Source: a virus
Lineage: Duplodnaviria > Heunggongvirae > Uroviricota > Caudoviricetes
DNA: 64,000 nt
Direction: 5' to 3' (one strand)
IMG/VR virus record: IMGVR_UViG_3300042471_001635
This document shows, one piece after another, positions 21,681-31,545 of the stretch. How positions within the stretch are numbered: position 1 is the stretch's first letter; each line of letters begins with the position of its first letter. Under the pieces are notes generated by a model. It was not told where the DNA came from and ran no database searches. It was given only the letters and a program-made list of their open reading frames with translations. Both the position numbers and the translations under genes were made by a program.

Positions 21681-22161
21681 TTTACCATATCCCAACTTCA
21701 GACAATCTCTGAAAGTGCTGGACAATAAGAGATTAGGAAAACAAAGGGTAGAAACCTATCAAATAATCTCTGCTATAACACGTAGGCCCAAATTGGACGG
21801 AACCCCCTATAAAGGTTGGTTAAATCATCCTTGTACTGTAATGTGGAAAGACTATGTGCCTGCGCTCAAACTTTATTTGAAAATTTCAATAACGGAGTGG
21901 GTTGAAAGAGGTTTCAAAAACACAATGTTTGTTGAGGACTTGTCAGAAAAAGATATCATAATTCCACATTTCATTGGAAATGAAAAATTTCATTCGTCAC
22001 ATAGAGCAAATTTATTGAAAAAAGACCCTGAGTTTTACTCCAAATATGGTTGGACAGAAAATCCTTCAGACCCCTATGTTTGGATGGATGCTGAAGGAAA
22101 ATGGTACGAACAACACTCAGGAAAAAATGGGAGAAAATATTATGAAGAAACTTACGTATAA
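21670..22161 (+). CDS. Possible pyrimidine-dimer DNA glycosylase-family protein (T4 endoV superfamily, TIGR02328-like)
   Basis: 163 aa; LPYPNF..LKVLDNKRL..QRVE, GWLNHPCTVMW and YLKISITEWVERGFKN resemble recalled family motifs (HP.YLD, NHPQ, YL..v..EA..RGY); recalled from memory, not searched. Confidence 0.35.
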   Translation: MQIFLPYPNFRQSLKVLDNKRLGKQRVETYQIISAITRRPKLDGTPYKGWLNHPCTVMWKDYVPALKLYLKISITEWVERGFKNTMFVEDLSEKDIIIPHFIGNEKFHSSHRANLLKKDPEFYSKYGWTENPSDPYVWMDAEGKWYEQHSGKNGRKYYEETYV

Positions 22162-22672
22162 GAGAAAAGGAATTGTCCATCAACCTATTAAACATTGGAA
22201 AATGAACGATGGGACAATAATTGCAATGTACCAAGGAGAAAGAGGGGTTAACCCAGATTTGGATTTCGTGGTAAAGTATCTTGCACCGAACAAACGATTG
22301 AGAGCTATCTCACACACCCATTGGATTGTTGATTTACTCGTAAAATCATTTTCCAACAATATAAATGTAGAAGGGTTTGTGAATGATTGGTTGAAGCTTT
22401 ACGATTCAATAGAACCTTTCAAATCCGTCGAAGAGAGAAACAATTACCAACTTTTATACACAGAACAATTTTCTGAAAGTTATGATATTGCTCTCAATCA
22501 CTATGGCACATATAAAGTTGATTTTCTTTCCACAATAATAGAGCTCTTTACAAAATGTGAAAAACAAACTCCCAATGCTTTCATGTTCAAAGGTCTTTTA
22601 CTTCTTATGAAAGATTTTTGTGAGGGAAAGAAAGATTTCTATCAAATTATTTCTCATTCAAAAAGAGTTTAA
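22133..22672 (+). CDS. Hypothetical protein
   Basis: ORF 22046-22672 overlaps the upstream gene; in-frame ATG at 22133 is the likely start. Confidence 0.45.
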   Translation, partial: ENIMKKLTYKRKGIVHQPIKHWKMNDGTIIAMYQGERGVNPDLDFVVKYLAPNKRLRAISHTHWIVDLLVKSFSNNINVEGFVNDWLKLYDSIEPFKSVEERNNYQLLYTEQFSESYDIALNHYGTYKVDFLSTIIELFTKCEKQTPNAFMFKGLLLLMKDFCEGKKDFYQIISHSKRV

Positions 22673-22694
22673 CCTATATTTGTAAAAATTAATT

Positions 22695-23207
22695 ATGAAA
22701 AAATATTTTTTGATTTTGTTTGGAGATTTTGAGTCTGAGGATATATGTAAGAAAGCGGCTTTAGCTTTAACCCCTCTTGTTGACTCCTCACATTTAAAAT
22801 TCAATCACACCAAAGGGGCAATTGTGTTCCACTTTGCTACCGAAGTGTGTCAAGAAGAGATGTATGATTATATTATGGTAAGTCTTTTTGACATGGTTTC
22901 ATCTTTTGTTCTCGCAGAAAATACTGACAAAGTGTCATTATATTTACCAAAAAAAGTAAGAGAACACTTGTTAGATTTAGACAACGACAGTGATGATGTT
23001 GAAATGAAGATTAATATTAATCAAACCCGTACCTTTGACGAGTTGGAGAAGGACGATGAGTTTGTGGCACTTCTTTTGGATGAAGTAAAAAAACAAATTA
23101 AAACTCCTACCTTAGACCAACTTTTAGATAAGGTATTAGAAAAAGGAGTTGAATCTTTGACCCCATATGAAAAAGACACATTAGATTCTTACTCAAAGAA
23201 CAAGTAA
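22695..23207 (+). CDS. Hypothetical acidic protein
   Basis: 170 aa; preceded by TAtaTTTG. Confidence 0.5.
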   Translation: MKKYFLILFGDFESEDICKKAALALTPLVDSSHLKFNHTKGAIVFHFATEVCQEEMYDYIMVSLFDMVSSFVLAENTDKVSLYLPKKVREHLLDLDNDSDDVEMKININQTRTFDELEKDDEFVALLLDEVKKQIKTPTLDQLLDKVLEKGVESLTPYEKDTLDSYSKNK

Positions 23208-23232
23208 ATATATAAATCCGTAAACCCACTTT

Positions 23233-24030
23233 ATGAAAGAAAAATCAGTAATCCCTATCAATCAAGAAGAAATTTCGAGTTACCTCAAAGACATTCGTAA
23301 AATTACTGTCATGACTCCTGAGAGAGAAAGAGAATTGGCAGAGAAAATGCTCAATCCCAATACATCTAATAAGGAAAAAGATGAAATTAAGAAAGAACTA
23401 TTGGAAGGAAATCTCCGATTTGTAATTACTGTTTCTAAACAGTATCAAAATCAAGGATTAGATTTCCCTGACTTGGTTGCAGAAGGCAATTACGGATTAA
23501 TGAAGGCAATCGAAAATTTCGATTGGTCAAAAAAACTAAGATTTATTTCATACGCCGTTTGGTGGGTACGTCAGTCCATTCTTCAATCATTGAACGAGAA
23601 CGCTAGAACCATACGTCTTCCAGTAAACGTCGTACAAGAACTCCAAAAAGCAAAAAAAGAATTAGACAATGCTGGAGTTGAACTCCCTGATAAGTTTGTA
23701 AATCTTCCCTATACAGTAGATTTGGATAGTCCTCTCAACGAGGATGGTGACACACTTATGGATGTTTTGATAAACCCAAATGCAGATGCTGCTGATACTT
23801 GTGAATCAACCGAGCAAACTCTTAAAGATAAATTGTTGTCTATGTTAGATGTCTTGGACGAACGAGAGAGGGTGATTATTGAGGATTATTTCGGTCTCAC
23901 AGGTAACACTAGAACCCTTGAAGATATTGGTAATGATTTTGATTTAACTAAGGAGAGGGTCCGACAAATTAAGGAGAAAGCCCTTCGAAAACTCCGAAAT
24001 GAAACAGGAATTCTATTTGACTTCCTATAA
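23233..24030 (+). CDS. Sigma-70 family RNA polymerase sigma factor
   Basis: Region 2 (FVITVSKQYQNQGLDFPDLVAEGNYGLMKAIENFD...YAVWWVRQSI), region 3 and region 4 HTH (LEDIGNDFDLTKERVRQIKEKALRKLR). Confidence 0.75.
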   Translation: MKEKSVIPINQEEISSYLKDIRKITVMTPERERELAEKMLNPNTSNKEKDEIKKELLEGNLRFVITVSKQYQNQGLDFPDLVAEGNYGLMKAIENFDWSKKLRFISYAVWWVRQSILQSLNENARTIRLPVNVVQELQKAKKELDNAGVELPDKFVNLPYTVDLDSPLNEDGDTLMDVLINPNADAADTCESTEQTLKDKLLSMLDVLDERERVIIEDYFGLTGNTRTLEDIGNDFDLTKERVRQIKEKALRKLRNETGILFDFL

Positions 24031-24037
24031 ATTGGAT

Positions 24038-24070
24038 AAAAGGTGTATTTATATGATACACCTTTTATAT
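24038..24070 (+). terminator. Intrinsic terminator-like hairpin after the sigma-factor gene
   Basis: aaaaggtgta / tacacctttt 10-bp stem, 9-nt loop, followed by a T-rich tract. Confidence 0.45.
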
Positions 24071-24098
24071 TTAAAGGATGTATTAAAATTATAATATT

Positions 24099-24383
24099 AT
24101 GAAAAAATTTATCGAAACAAATTTTACCGTAATTGTACTTGTCATTGCCCTTCTCAGTTTCTTTAAAGGTTGTGGAGATTCTAGAGAGATTACAAAAATC
24201 AAAAAAGAAATTCAATCAATCAAAGATTCAACGTACACCAAACGTGAATTGAGTATTGAACTCAAAATTTCTGGATTGGAGGCTGAAAAAAGAATGATTC
24301 AGGCTACCGACAGAAAACTTTTGGATGTTAGAAGACAGACTGAAATTGAAGAAGAGATAAAAAAATTAAACAGTCTTAAATAA
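24099..24383 (+). CDS. Putative lipoprotein/spanin-like protein with coiled coil
   Basis: 94 aa; hydrophobic N-terminus ending ...LLSFFKGC (lipobox-like), then charged coiled coil. Confidence 0.4.
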   Translation: MKKFIETNFTVIVLVIALLSFFKGCGDSREITKIKKEIQSIKDSTYTKRELSIELKISGLEAEKRMIQATDRKLLDVRRQTEIEEEIKKLNSLK

Positions 24384-25063
24384 TGAATTGGTTTCAGAAA
24401 AACTTCAAAACCCTTATATATTTTGCATTTTTGGTGCCAATTATAACGGTTGCGATAGTTTCTATTTCACACGTAACAAAATGGTACGGAATATCAAATC
24501 CATTTAGTTGGGCAATCTATCTATCTGTAGGTATAGAAATTGCTGCACTTTCTGCTCTTGCTGCGATTGCTGCACAGATGGGTAAGAAAGTTTATTTTCC
24601 TTTTATAATTGTAACTCTTATACAGTTTATCGGTAACATATTTTTTGCTTACCAATACATTGACATCAATAGTCAGTCTTTTAAAGATTGGGTTGATATG
24701 GTTGACCCGATAGTAAGTTTTATGGGAGTTGAGTCAGGAGATTTTGTAGGTCACAAAAGATTTTTGGCATTATTTGCTGGTGGGATGCTTCCTATAATTT
24801 CCCTTTCATTCTTGCACATGTTAGTTAAATTTGAAGAAGAGGGAAAAAAAGATAAAACCCTTGAGATTAATATTGAGGAACTAAGTAGAAAAGCAGGGAA
24901 AATGGAAGCTGAGATTGAAGAGGAAAGATATGTTCCATCAGAAGAAGACTTACAAAAACTAAACGAAGAACTTAATAAAATTCAACAGTTTCAAGAAATC
25001 GAACCTGAGGAAATTAGAAATAAAAGAAGATTGAGTTATTTAAAAAGGGATGCTCAAACTTGA
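24383..25063 (+). CDS. 4-TM membrane protein with C-terminal coiled coil (holin-like candidate)
   Basis: 226 aa; four hydrophobic helices then an E/K-rich tail. Confidence 0.45.
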   Translation: MNWFQKNFKTLIYFAFLVPIITVAIVSISHVTKWYGISNPFSWAIYLSVGIEIAALSALAAIAAQMGKKVYFPFIIVTLIQFIGNIFFAYQYIDINSQSFKDWVDMVDPIVSFMGVESGDFVGHKRFLALFAGGMLPIISLSFLHMLVKFEEEGKKDKTLEINIEELSRKAGKMEAEIEEERYVPSEEDLQKLNEELNKIQQFQEIEPEEIRNKRRLSYLKRDAQT

Positions 25064-25667
25064 GAAATACGGAAATTTTAAGTCTTTAGGCAAACACAAA
25101 GATAAGACACAAATAATTCTTTGTCATACATCAAGGGAGGTGGGGGATTATCTCACCTCCCTTAAATTTAGATACAATGGTAGGTATGATAAGATACCCA
25201 ATTTTGTGCTCACAAACAAAGGGGAAATAATACAACTTTTGGACGTCCATGGATATTCTAATTACATCGGGGACGATGTAATGAACAAGAAATCTGTGAC
25301 CGTAGTTTTGGAGAATTTAGGTTGGTTGGAGAAGAAACCCCTTACCGACTATTATATTAACTGGAATGCGAGTATTTATAAGGGTAAGGTTTTCGAGAAA
25401 AAGTGGAGAGATTATTTTTTTTGGGAACCATATAGGGAAGAACAAATTTTGAGTTTAGGTCAACTTTGTTCGGACTTATGTGAGGACCTACGAATACCTA
25501 AAACTTGTGTCGGACACAATACGAGAGTTGAGGGAATGACAAAGTTTGAAGGTATATGTTCAAGAAGTAATTACGACACAAGGTTTACAGACTTAAGTCC
25601 CTCATTTGATTTCGAAACTTTAATTAAAAAAATTGAAAATGAACAATATACACAACGAGAGATATGA
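25050..25667 (+). CDS. Putative N-acetylmuramoyl-L-alanine amidase (Amidase_2/PGRP-like endolysin)
   Basis: 205 aa; IILCHTS, NFVLTNKGEIIQL, VTVVLENLG and later His/Cys residues in the T7-lysozyme-like order. Confidence 0.4.
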   Translation: MLKLEKYGNFKSLGKHKDKTQIILCHTSREVGDYLTSLKFRYNGRYDKIPNFVLTNKGEIIQLLDVHGYSNYIGDDVMNKKSVTVVLENLGWLEKKPLTDYYINWNASIYKGKVFEKKWRDYFFWEPYREEQILSLGQLCSDLCEDLRIPKTCVGHNTRVEGMTKFEGICSRSNYDTRFTDLSPSFDFETLIKKIENEQYTQREI

Positions 25668-26211
25668 TGAAATCAAATCATTATTGAAAAAGTCGAGAAT
25701 GATTTTTGAACAAACTGATTTGAATGGTCAAACTGACACTCAAATTGATGTTGCAAAAGACATCGAAACTAAAATAACTCAGGATGATGAGGAATTCAAA
25801 GATGAGGAAAAAACACCTGAGGACAAAGTTCAGAAATATAGAGTTTCTGGAGGTATTTTAGCTTTACACGGAAAGTACAAAACTGATTTGGATATTACTT
25901 CTGATGACAAGATTGCCTTTCAACAAACAATGGATGAGTTCATTGATGAAGTTTCAGATTTAGTAGATTTCAACACTTTAGATGTATACCCTAACAATGT
26001 ACAATGGTCAGGTAAATTAATTGATGAGAATATAGATTTTATTTTCTCAATAGGTGAGGATAGTGGAATTTATGTTCAAGGTAATATGATTAAAGTCGAC
26101 GAAGATTTTATTGATACACTTAATAAACTTCAATCCTTCTTTGAAAAATTCAAATCCAAGTGGGCAAAAATTTTGGCTGGAAGGAAAAAAACCAGAGAAC
26201 AAAATGTCTAA
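25633..26211 (+). CDS. Hypothetical acidic protein
   Basis: 192 aa ORF. Confidence 0.5.
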   Translation: MKMNNIHNERYDEIKSLLKKSRMIFEQTDLNGQTDTQIDVAKDIETKITQDDEEFKDEEKTPEDKVQKYRVSGGILALHGKYKTDLDITSDDKIAFQQTMDEFIDEVSDLVDFNTLDVYPNNVQWSGKLIDENIDFIFSIGEDSGIYVQGNMIKVDEDFIDTLNKLQSFFEKFKSKWAKILAGRKKTREQNV

Positions 26212-26566
26212 AATTTTAAATTTTCTTAATTCAAACTACAAATTAATCCTCCAAGTTTCTTTTGGGATATTTGTATTATACTATTTAATATTCTTTTTGA
26301 CACCGAATGTTAGAATGTCTGCGAGTCAAAAACAACAACTCGACTCTTTGAATGTTGTGATAAATAAATTACACGAGGACAATTTGAAATTGGAGGGTAA
26401 AATCTCAGAGTTCAATGAGGAAATCAAGGAAGTTGATAACCATATTGGAAAAATAAAAGGTCAAAAAACCATAGTAAAAGAAATTTACCATGAAAAGATT
26501 AATAGCGTTGACAAGCTTACTGTTCGTGAGCTTGACAGTTTTTTCACAGACAGATACAACAAGTAA
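26111..26566 (+). CDS. Membrane-anchored coiled-coil protein
   Basis: 151 aa; one TM (LILQVSFGIFVLYYLIFFL), then coiled coil. Confidence 0.4.
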   Translation: MIHLINFNPSLKNSNPSGQKFWLEGKKPENKMSKILNFLNSNYKLILQVSFGIFVLYYLIFFLTPNVRMSASQKQQLDSLNVVINKLHEDNLKLEGKISEFNEEIKEVDNHIGKIKGQKTIVKEIYHEKINSVDKLTVRELDSFFTDRYNK

Positions 26567-26900
26567 TGTAAAATGTTTCCCAATTCCAGTTGTGAAACAA
26601 ATTATGAAAGATGTTCTCAGTGGAGACTCCGCAAAAGCACAATTGAAACTAGCCGAGGAACAACTCATCCAAACTGAAAAGAAAGTTGTTTTGAAAGATA
26701 GCATCATTAATACTCTTAGATTGAAAGAGGAGAATTATAATACAATCATAGGCGCTGAAAGACAAAAGTTTGACATAATGGAAAAATACTCCAAGAAATT
26801 GGAATTCGACTTGAAGAAAGAGAGAGTAAAAAATAAATTTAAATCAATTTTGGGAACCGGTGTAATCGCAGTGCTAGGTTTCTTTTTAATAACTAAGTAA
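26490..26900 (+). CDS. Secreted/membrane protein with signal peptide and C-terminal TM
   Basis: 136 aa; MKRLIALTSLLFVSLTVFSQ signal peptide. Confidence 0.45.
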   Translation: MKRLIALTSLLFVSLTVFSQTDTTSNVKCFPIPVVKQIMKDVLSGDSAKAQLKLAEEQLIQTEKKVVLKDSIINTLRLKEENYNTIIGAERQKFDIMEKYSKKLEFDLKKERVKNKFKSILGTGVIAVLGFFLITK

Positions 26901-27145
26901 TGGCACTCACAAATTCAGAAATCAAAGAGATTGAAAGATTAATCCGTAAAGAGATAAGAGACTTTATGGAAACGTCTACAATCAAACAGTACGAAGATAA
27001 AATTTTGGACAAAGTTCAAAAAGAAATCAAAAGGGGGAAGCTTGAAGGTGAGATTAAAGAAATTACTATAAAAATGTTCAGAGAATTTTATCAATTCATG
27101 TGGCAGAACAGAAGTTATTGGGAACCAAGATTAAAAAATGCTTGA
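26900..27145 (+). CDS. Hypothetical protein
   Basis: 81 aa, ATG overlaps the upstream stop. Confidence 0.45.
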   Translation: MALTNSEIKEIERLIRKEIRDFMETSTIKQYEDKILDKVQKEIKRGKLEGEIKEITIKMFREFYQFMWQNRSYWEPRLKNA

Positions 27146-28280
27146 TATGAAAAGTAGTAGGAATGAATTTACAAATGCATTGAAATCCAATTTTTCCGCA
27201 GCGATGGGAGGGGCACAAACCCAAACTTTAATGCAAGACCTCAACAAGTTTTCAAAAGAAATGAAAGAAGATTTGGAAGGTGGAAAATCGGACAAAAAAA
27301 CTCTTTTGGACCTTGCAATCAAACATGCAATGAAAGACAAAGTTTTGACCACTGGTCATAAAATAAATTCAATACTTGGAATTTTGAAATCTGAATTAAA
27401 AAAGGGTTTAGAAGTAGAAAAGGAACATACTGACAATGAGGAAACCGCTCGAGAAATTGCTATGGACCATTTGGCTGAAGACCCTCACTATTACACAAAG
27501 CTCAAAAAAATGGAAAACAATGAACAGATTATAAGAAAATCCGTTAAGAAAGGAATTGCGGACAAATTAATAGGAACAAATAAAATGGAAAAACCAATCG
27601 GTAAACTTTATTCTATAGGTAAATCTGAGACCAAAGAAAATGTTGGAAACTCAGCTAAAAGAGAATTTGCAAAAGATTTACAAATGGATAAAGATTATTT
27701 GGAATTTAAAAAGAACGCAAAAAAAAAGGAGGGGTATAAAGAATTCAATTATGGTGTTCCGAATGTAACGGTAGACGACCCATACATAAAGAAAACTAAA
27801 TACAGTAGACCCGGGAAGGAAGAAGCCACAGAAGCAACAAGTTCTGGTTCGAGTGGAGCTTATTCGGCACCTTTATTTGGTGGAGATAATGAATTTATTA
27901 AAAAAAGTGATAAAGAAACTCCGAAACTTGAAGAGGGTATCGCCGTTGGTGCTATGGGGTTAGACAAAGTTGAAGCGACTGAGGCAACAAGTTCGAGTTC
28001 AGTAGGTGGATATTCTACACCAGCAATGTGGGCAAAATCTACGAAGAAAAAGGACTGGGGACCTTCAAGAAAGACTCAGTATAAAGGAGGACAGTTTGTT
28101 CAAGTAAAGAAAAAATGTACCAAGTTTCCTTATTGCAATCAGGGAGACATCAACGCACTCAAACTTTCCAAAAACGAATCAGTTCAAAAAGCAATTAAAG
28201 AAGTTTCTAAAAAACATAATATTAGTGAAGACGTAATCAAAACAATTTTAGAGTATGAATATTCTAAAATTAAACCATAA
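27138..28280 (+). CDS. Highly charged K/E-rich protein
   Basis: 380 aa. Confidence 0.55.
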   Translation: MLDMKSSRNEFTNALKSNFSAAMGGAQTQTLMQDLNKFSKEMKEDLEGGKSDKKTLLDLAIKHAMKDKVLTTGHKINSILGILKSELKKGLEVEKEHTDNEETAREIAMDHLAEDPHYYTKLKKMENNEQIIRKSVKKGIADKLIGTNKMEKPIGKLYSIGKSETKENVGNSAKREFAKDLQMDKDYLEFKKNAKKKEGYKEFNYGVPNVTVDDPYIKKTKYSRPGKEEATEATSSGSSGAYSAPLFGGDNEFIKKSDKETPKLEEGIAVGAMGLDKVEATEATSSSSVGGYSTPAMWAKSTKKKDWGPSRKTQYKGGQFVQVKKKCTKFPYCNQGDINALKLSKNESVQKAIKEVSKKHNISEDVIKTILEYEYSKIKP

Positions 28281-28307
28281 AACTAGATATTTATAAAGAA
28301 AAATAGA

Positions 28308-29801
28308 ATGGAAAATTTCGAAAAAAATTTAGACAATATGATTTCGAAGATACTCAAAGAGGAAATCGAAACAAAAAGTAAAACTATATTGGAAAGACTC
28401 GAAGAGGGTGGTGAGTGGACTGAGATTGAAGTTGATGAAGCACTTCATGGTGGTCAAAAAAAATTAGACAAAAACAAAAACGGTAAAATTGATGCCGAGG
28501 ATTTCAAACTTTTGAGAAAAAAGAAATCTCATAAAAAAGAGATGGACGAATTTTTCTTCGAAGACGAAGCTATAGAAGATGCTGAAGAAGCTTCGCAACA
28601 AGAACCAACTTATGTTGGTAAAGGTTTGGAGGAAGCTGAAACTGAAGAAGGAAATGCATTTACAGGTGCTTTAGCCGATGCTAAGAAAGAAGGAAAAAAA
28701 ACATTCAAAGTTGGAGAAAAAACCTTTGACGTTAAAGAAGAAAGACATGATTTTGACGGAAGAAAAAGTGAAGTTATCGGGGTATATTCGAACATCGACA
28801 AACAAAGAAAAGAAATGGGTGAAAAGTGGGAAGGTGATGTTGAAGTAAAACAAACAGGTGAATATTCTGGCATGTCAATTGAGGAATTGAATGCGGCAAT
28901 AAAAAAATTGAAAACTAAAAACGACAAAGCTAAAGATGCGGGTAAAAAAGTCCCTCATGCGGACAGAACCAAAATGAGTCAACTTTATTTTGCTAAAAGA
29001 GCAAAACAAGGATGGAAAGGTAAAGGTAAAGCTGCGGTTAAGGAAAGTTTACAATTAAGTGAGGAAGAACTTATTGACTTGATTGAGACTATTGTTATGG
29101 AACAGAAAGTAAAAGACATTGCAGAAAAAAATAATATTACCAATAAAAAAGCTGAAGGTTTGAAAAAAACAGAGAAAGTTTTGAAAGCCGATAAGAAAGA
29201 AAATGATGATTATGCTAAAGAGGTAGTAAAGAAAATGAAAGAGTATGTAAAAGCTGGTTCTGTCGGTGAATATAACGAATCTCCTGAGAGTTTTCCTCAA
29301 AGTAATTACACTATGGGTAAAATGAAAGAGAAAACTATGAAGTATCATCCATCTCAAGCGGTGGACGAGTATATAGAGGCTTTTGCTTTCCCTGGTATGA
29401 CAAATTTGGTTTATGATGAAATTAAACCTGATGAGAAAAAAATTGAAAAACATTTGAAGGGCGACAGTACTACAGGAAATGCTGTTAAAGATAAAGACGG
29501 AAAAGCTTTAGGTAATGTTGTTCCTAGTGAAGTCGGAGAAAGATTCATGAAGAATTTCGAGGATAACTTATATGGTGCAGAACAAATGAATGTTTCTTAT
29601 AAAAGACAACCACAACCAGTTGATGTTGGTGGAACAGATAAAATGGATGGTTCTTTGAAGAGTATAAGAAAAGGTTCTACCAAGAAGGCTGAAAAAATCA
29701 TGAACCAACTTGAGTCTTCTGAAGATAGAAAAGATGAAATTATAAAAGAAGAGATGAATAAGATGATGAATCTCATTACTTACAACAAAAAGACGCAGTA
29801 A
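28308..29801 (+). CDS. Highly charged K/E-rich protein
   Basis: 497 aa. Confidence 0.6.
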   Translation: MENFEKNLDNMISKILKEEIETKSKTILERLEEGGEWTEIEVDEALHGGQKKLDKNKNGKIDAEDFKLLRKKKSHKKEMDEFFFEDEAIEDAEEASQQEPTYVGKGLEEAETEEGNAFTGALADAKKEGKKTFKVGEKTFDVKEERHDFDGRKSEVIGVYSNIDKQRKEMGEKWEGDVEVKQTGEYSGMSIEELNAAIKKLKTKNDKAKDAGKKVPHADRTKMSQLYFAKRAKQGWKGKGKAAVKESLQLSEEELIDLIETIVMEQKVKDIAEKNNITNKKAEGLKKTEKVLKADKKENDDYAKEVVKKMKEYVKAGSVGEYNESPESFPQSNYTMGKMKEKTMKYHPSQAVDEYIEAFAFPGMTNLVYDEIKPDEKKIEKHLKGDSTTGNAVKDKDGKALGNVVPSEVGERFMKNFEDNLYGAEQMNVSYKRQPQPVDVGGTDKMDGSLKSIRKGSTKKAEKIMNQLESSEDRKDEIIKEEMNKMMNLITYNKKTQ

Positions 29802-29840
29802 AAATTCACAAATAGTGTTAAATTATTATATTCTCCATAG

Positions 29841-30308
29841 ATGAACTCTATGGAGAATTTTTTTAATTGGGTTTCCAAACCTGTTCCAAAGGAAGAGGTT
29901 ATTGTTTGGTTCAACATTAATAATATTAATTATGAAAAAGTTGAACTTTATGGTGATTTTTTTAAGTCCTTGAATATGAAAGTCACCGACACATTTTTCG
30001 AGGAAGACCATCATGAAACAAAAATAAATCTATCAGAACAAAATAAAAAGGAACATTTTGAGTGGTGTTGGATAAAAACAATCGAAGACTTCTCTAAAGA
30101 AAATATTTTATTCAACACTGTTGGGGAACATAAAAATTATTTTGAAAAATTTTTTTTCGATACATTTTATAATCAGAATCAAAAGAATATAAAAGAAGCA
30201 ATCCCAAGTTTTTTAGAAGAAGTTTTCAATTTGGATAAACCCTGTAGCAAATCTGATTTGGAGATTATTACCGAAATTTATAAATTAATGGAAAAAAATA
30301 TAAAGTGA
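29841..30308 (+). CDS. Hypothetical protein
   Basis: 155 aa. Confidence 0.5.
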   Translation: MNSMENFFNWVSKPVPKEEVIVWFNINNINYEKVELYGDFFKSLNMKVTDTFFEEDHHETKINLSEQNKKEHFEWCWIKTIEDFSKENILFNTVGEHKNYFEKFFFDTFYNQNQKNIKEAIPSFLEEVFNLDKPCSKSDLEIITEIYKLMEKNIK

Positions 30309-30387
30309 AAAAAAACCCTCTTTATATTGACAATATTCAGGAATTTTTTACTTTTACCCTCAAATAAACTACACAATTTTTTTAAAA

Positions 30388-30570
30388 ATGGAAACATTAG
30401 AGAAAATCAAAGAATTGACTGAACTCCTCTCTGTAGATGCAACAAAATTCTACAAAGGAAATAAAAGTGCTGGTACAAGAGCAAGAAAGTCTGCTCAAGA
30501 ACTCAAAGCATTACTTCAGAAATTCAGAGCAGAAATTTTGGAACACAAAAAAACTGAACCTAATGCATAA
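30388..30570 (+). CDS. Histone H1-like nucleoid protein (Hc1-family domain)
   Basis: 60 aa; KGNKSAGTRARKSAQELKALLQKFRAE parallels the chlamydial Hc1 motif KGNKAAAQRVRTESIKLEK. Confidence 0.5.
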   Translation: METLEKIKELTELLSVDATKFYKGNKSAGTRARKSAQELKALLQKFRAEILEHKKTEPNA

Positions 30571-30747
30571 TATAGAATCTGTATATTTTTTTATATTCAT
30601 ATTCTCAATATTAGTATTATCAAATTTCTTAAGCAAATTTTTAAGAGCCCTGTTACTCCCAAATCCAAAACCATTTGTATTGAGTGACAGGGAGCTTATA
30701 ATTTTATCTTGTTCAATTAGTTACTTTATCACATATTTAAATTTCAA

Positions 30748-31179
30748 ATGAACTTTTATCAAAATATTACACCTTTCATAGATTATCTTTTTTCAATAAG
30801 AAAATTGAAAGATTATATCAGTATCGACCTTTTGATACCAAACAAATGGTCAATTCCTAAAAGTCTTTCAGATTCTTCTGAAATAGTTCCGTTCAATTCT
30901 GAAACACCTGAGACAAAAGGAATATCTTTCGTTTGTTTATCTGAAGAAGCAAATCTAAATACCACTATTTCTAAGATAATAAAATTGATAACCCTTAATA
31001 AAGAAAAAGAATTGAAAGAACTTTTATTTAAGGAAACAATTGATACTCTTAAGAAAACATTTGAAAAAAATGACCTTGAAACCCTAAAGAGACTTTATTT
31101 CGATTTTGAAACTGACATAGAAAATTTAGATGAAAATGGAGACGACGCCTCAGAACCAACGACTCTTGAATTGGCTTGA
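30748..31179 (+). CDS. Hypothetical protein
   Basis: 143 aa. Confidence 0.4.
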   Translation: MNFYQNITPFIDYLFSIRKLKDYISIDLLIPNKWSIPKSLSDSSEIVPFNSETPETKGISFVCLSEEANLNTTISKIIKLITLNKEKELKELLFKETIDTLKKTFEKNDLETLKRLYFDFETDIENLDENGDDASEPTTLELA

Positions 31180-31293
31180 CAAAGAAAAAAAGAAAGACAC
31201 CTTCAATGTTGAAGTCGAGAAAAAGAAGTTCATTGAGCAAATTAAAAAATTCAAAAAAGAGGACTTAATTAAAGTCCCCAAAAAACCTTCAAT

Positions 31294-31545
31294 ATGGCAG
31301 AGAATAAAAATAATGATTTGGGGACATTAGAAAAACTAGCACTTATTGCTGAGTCTGTTCAAACTTTATTCAGAGGAAAAGGAACAATAATTTTCGAGTT
31401 GGAAAAAGATGAGTATGTTCCTGTGATATCACACTTTAGAGAAATAGACAGACACCACAAACAATTTTCAATAGAAATTTCTGGAACGGAATTTCATTTT
31501 GTTTTAGATGAAAAAAACGAACCTAAAACTACCGAGGGTGAGTAG
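31294..31545 (+). CDS. Hypothetical protein
   Basis: 83 aa; 3' end overlaps the convergent minus-strand gene. Confidence 0.35.
   Translation: MAENKNNDLGTLEKLALIAESVQTLFRGKGTIIFELEKDEYVPVISHFREIDRHHKQFSIEISGTEFHFVLDEKNEPKTTEGE

Noticed and set aside
21670-22161. Calling this ORF T4 endonuclease V (denV) outright
   Set aside because: Only motif-level resemblance to the broader pyrimidine-dimer glycosylase / TIGR02328-like family recalled from memory; there is no direct similarity to T4 DenV itself, so it is kept as a low-confidence family assignment
30437-30751. 104-aa ORF overlapping the Hc1-like gene in another frame
   Set aside because: Overlaps most of the 30388-30570 gene, which has a recognisable motif; the translation is hydrophobic and low-complexity
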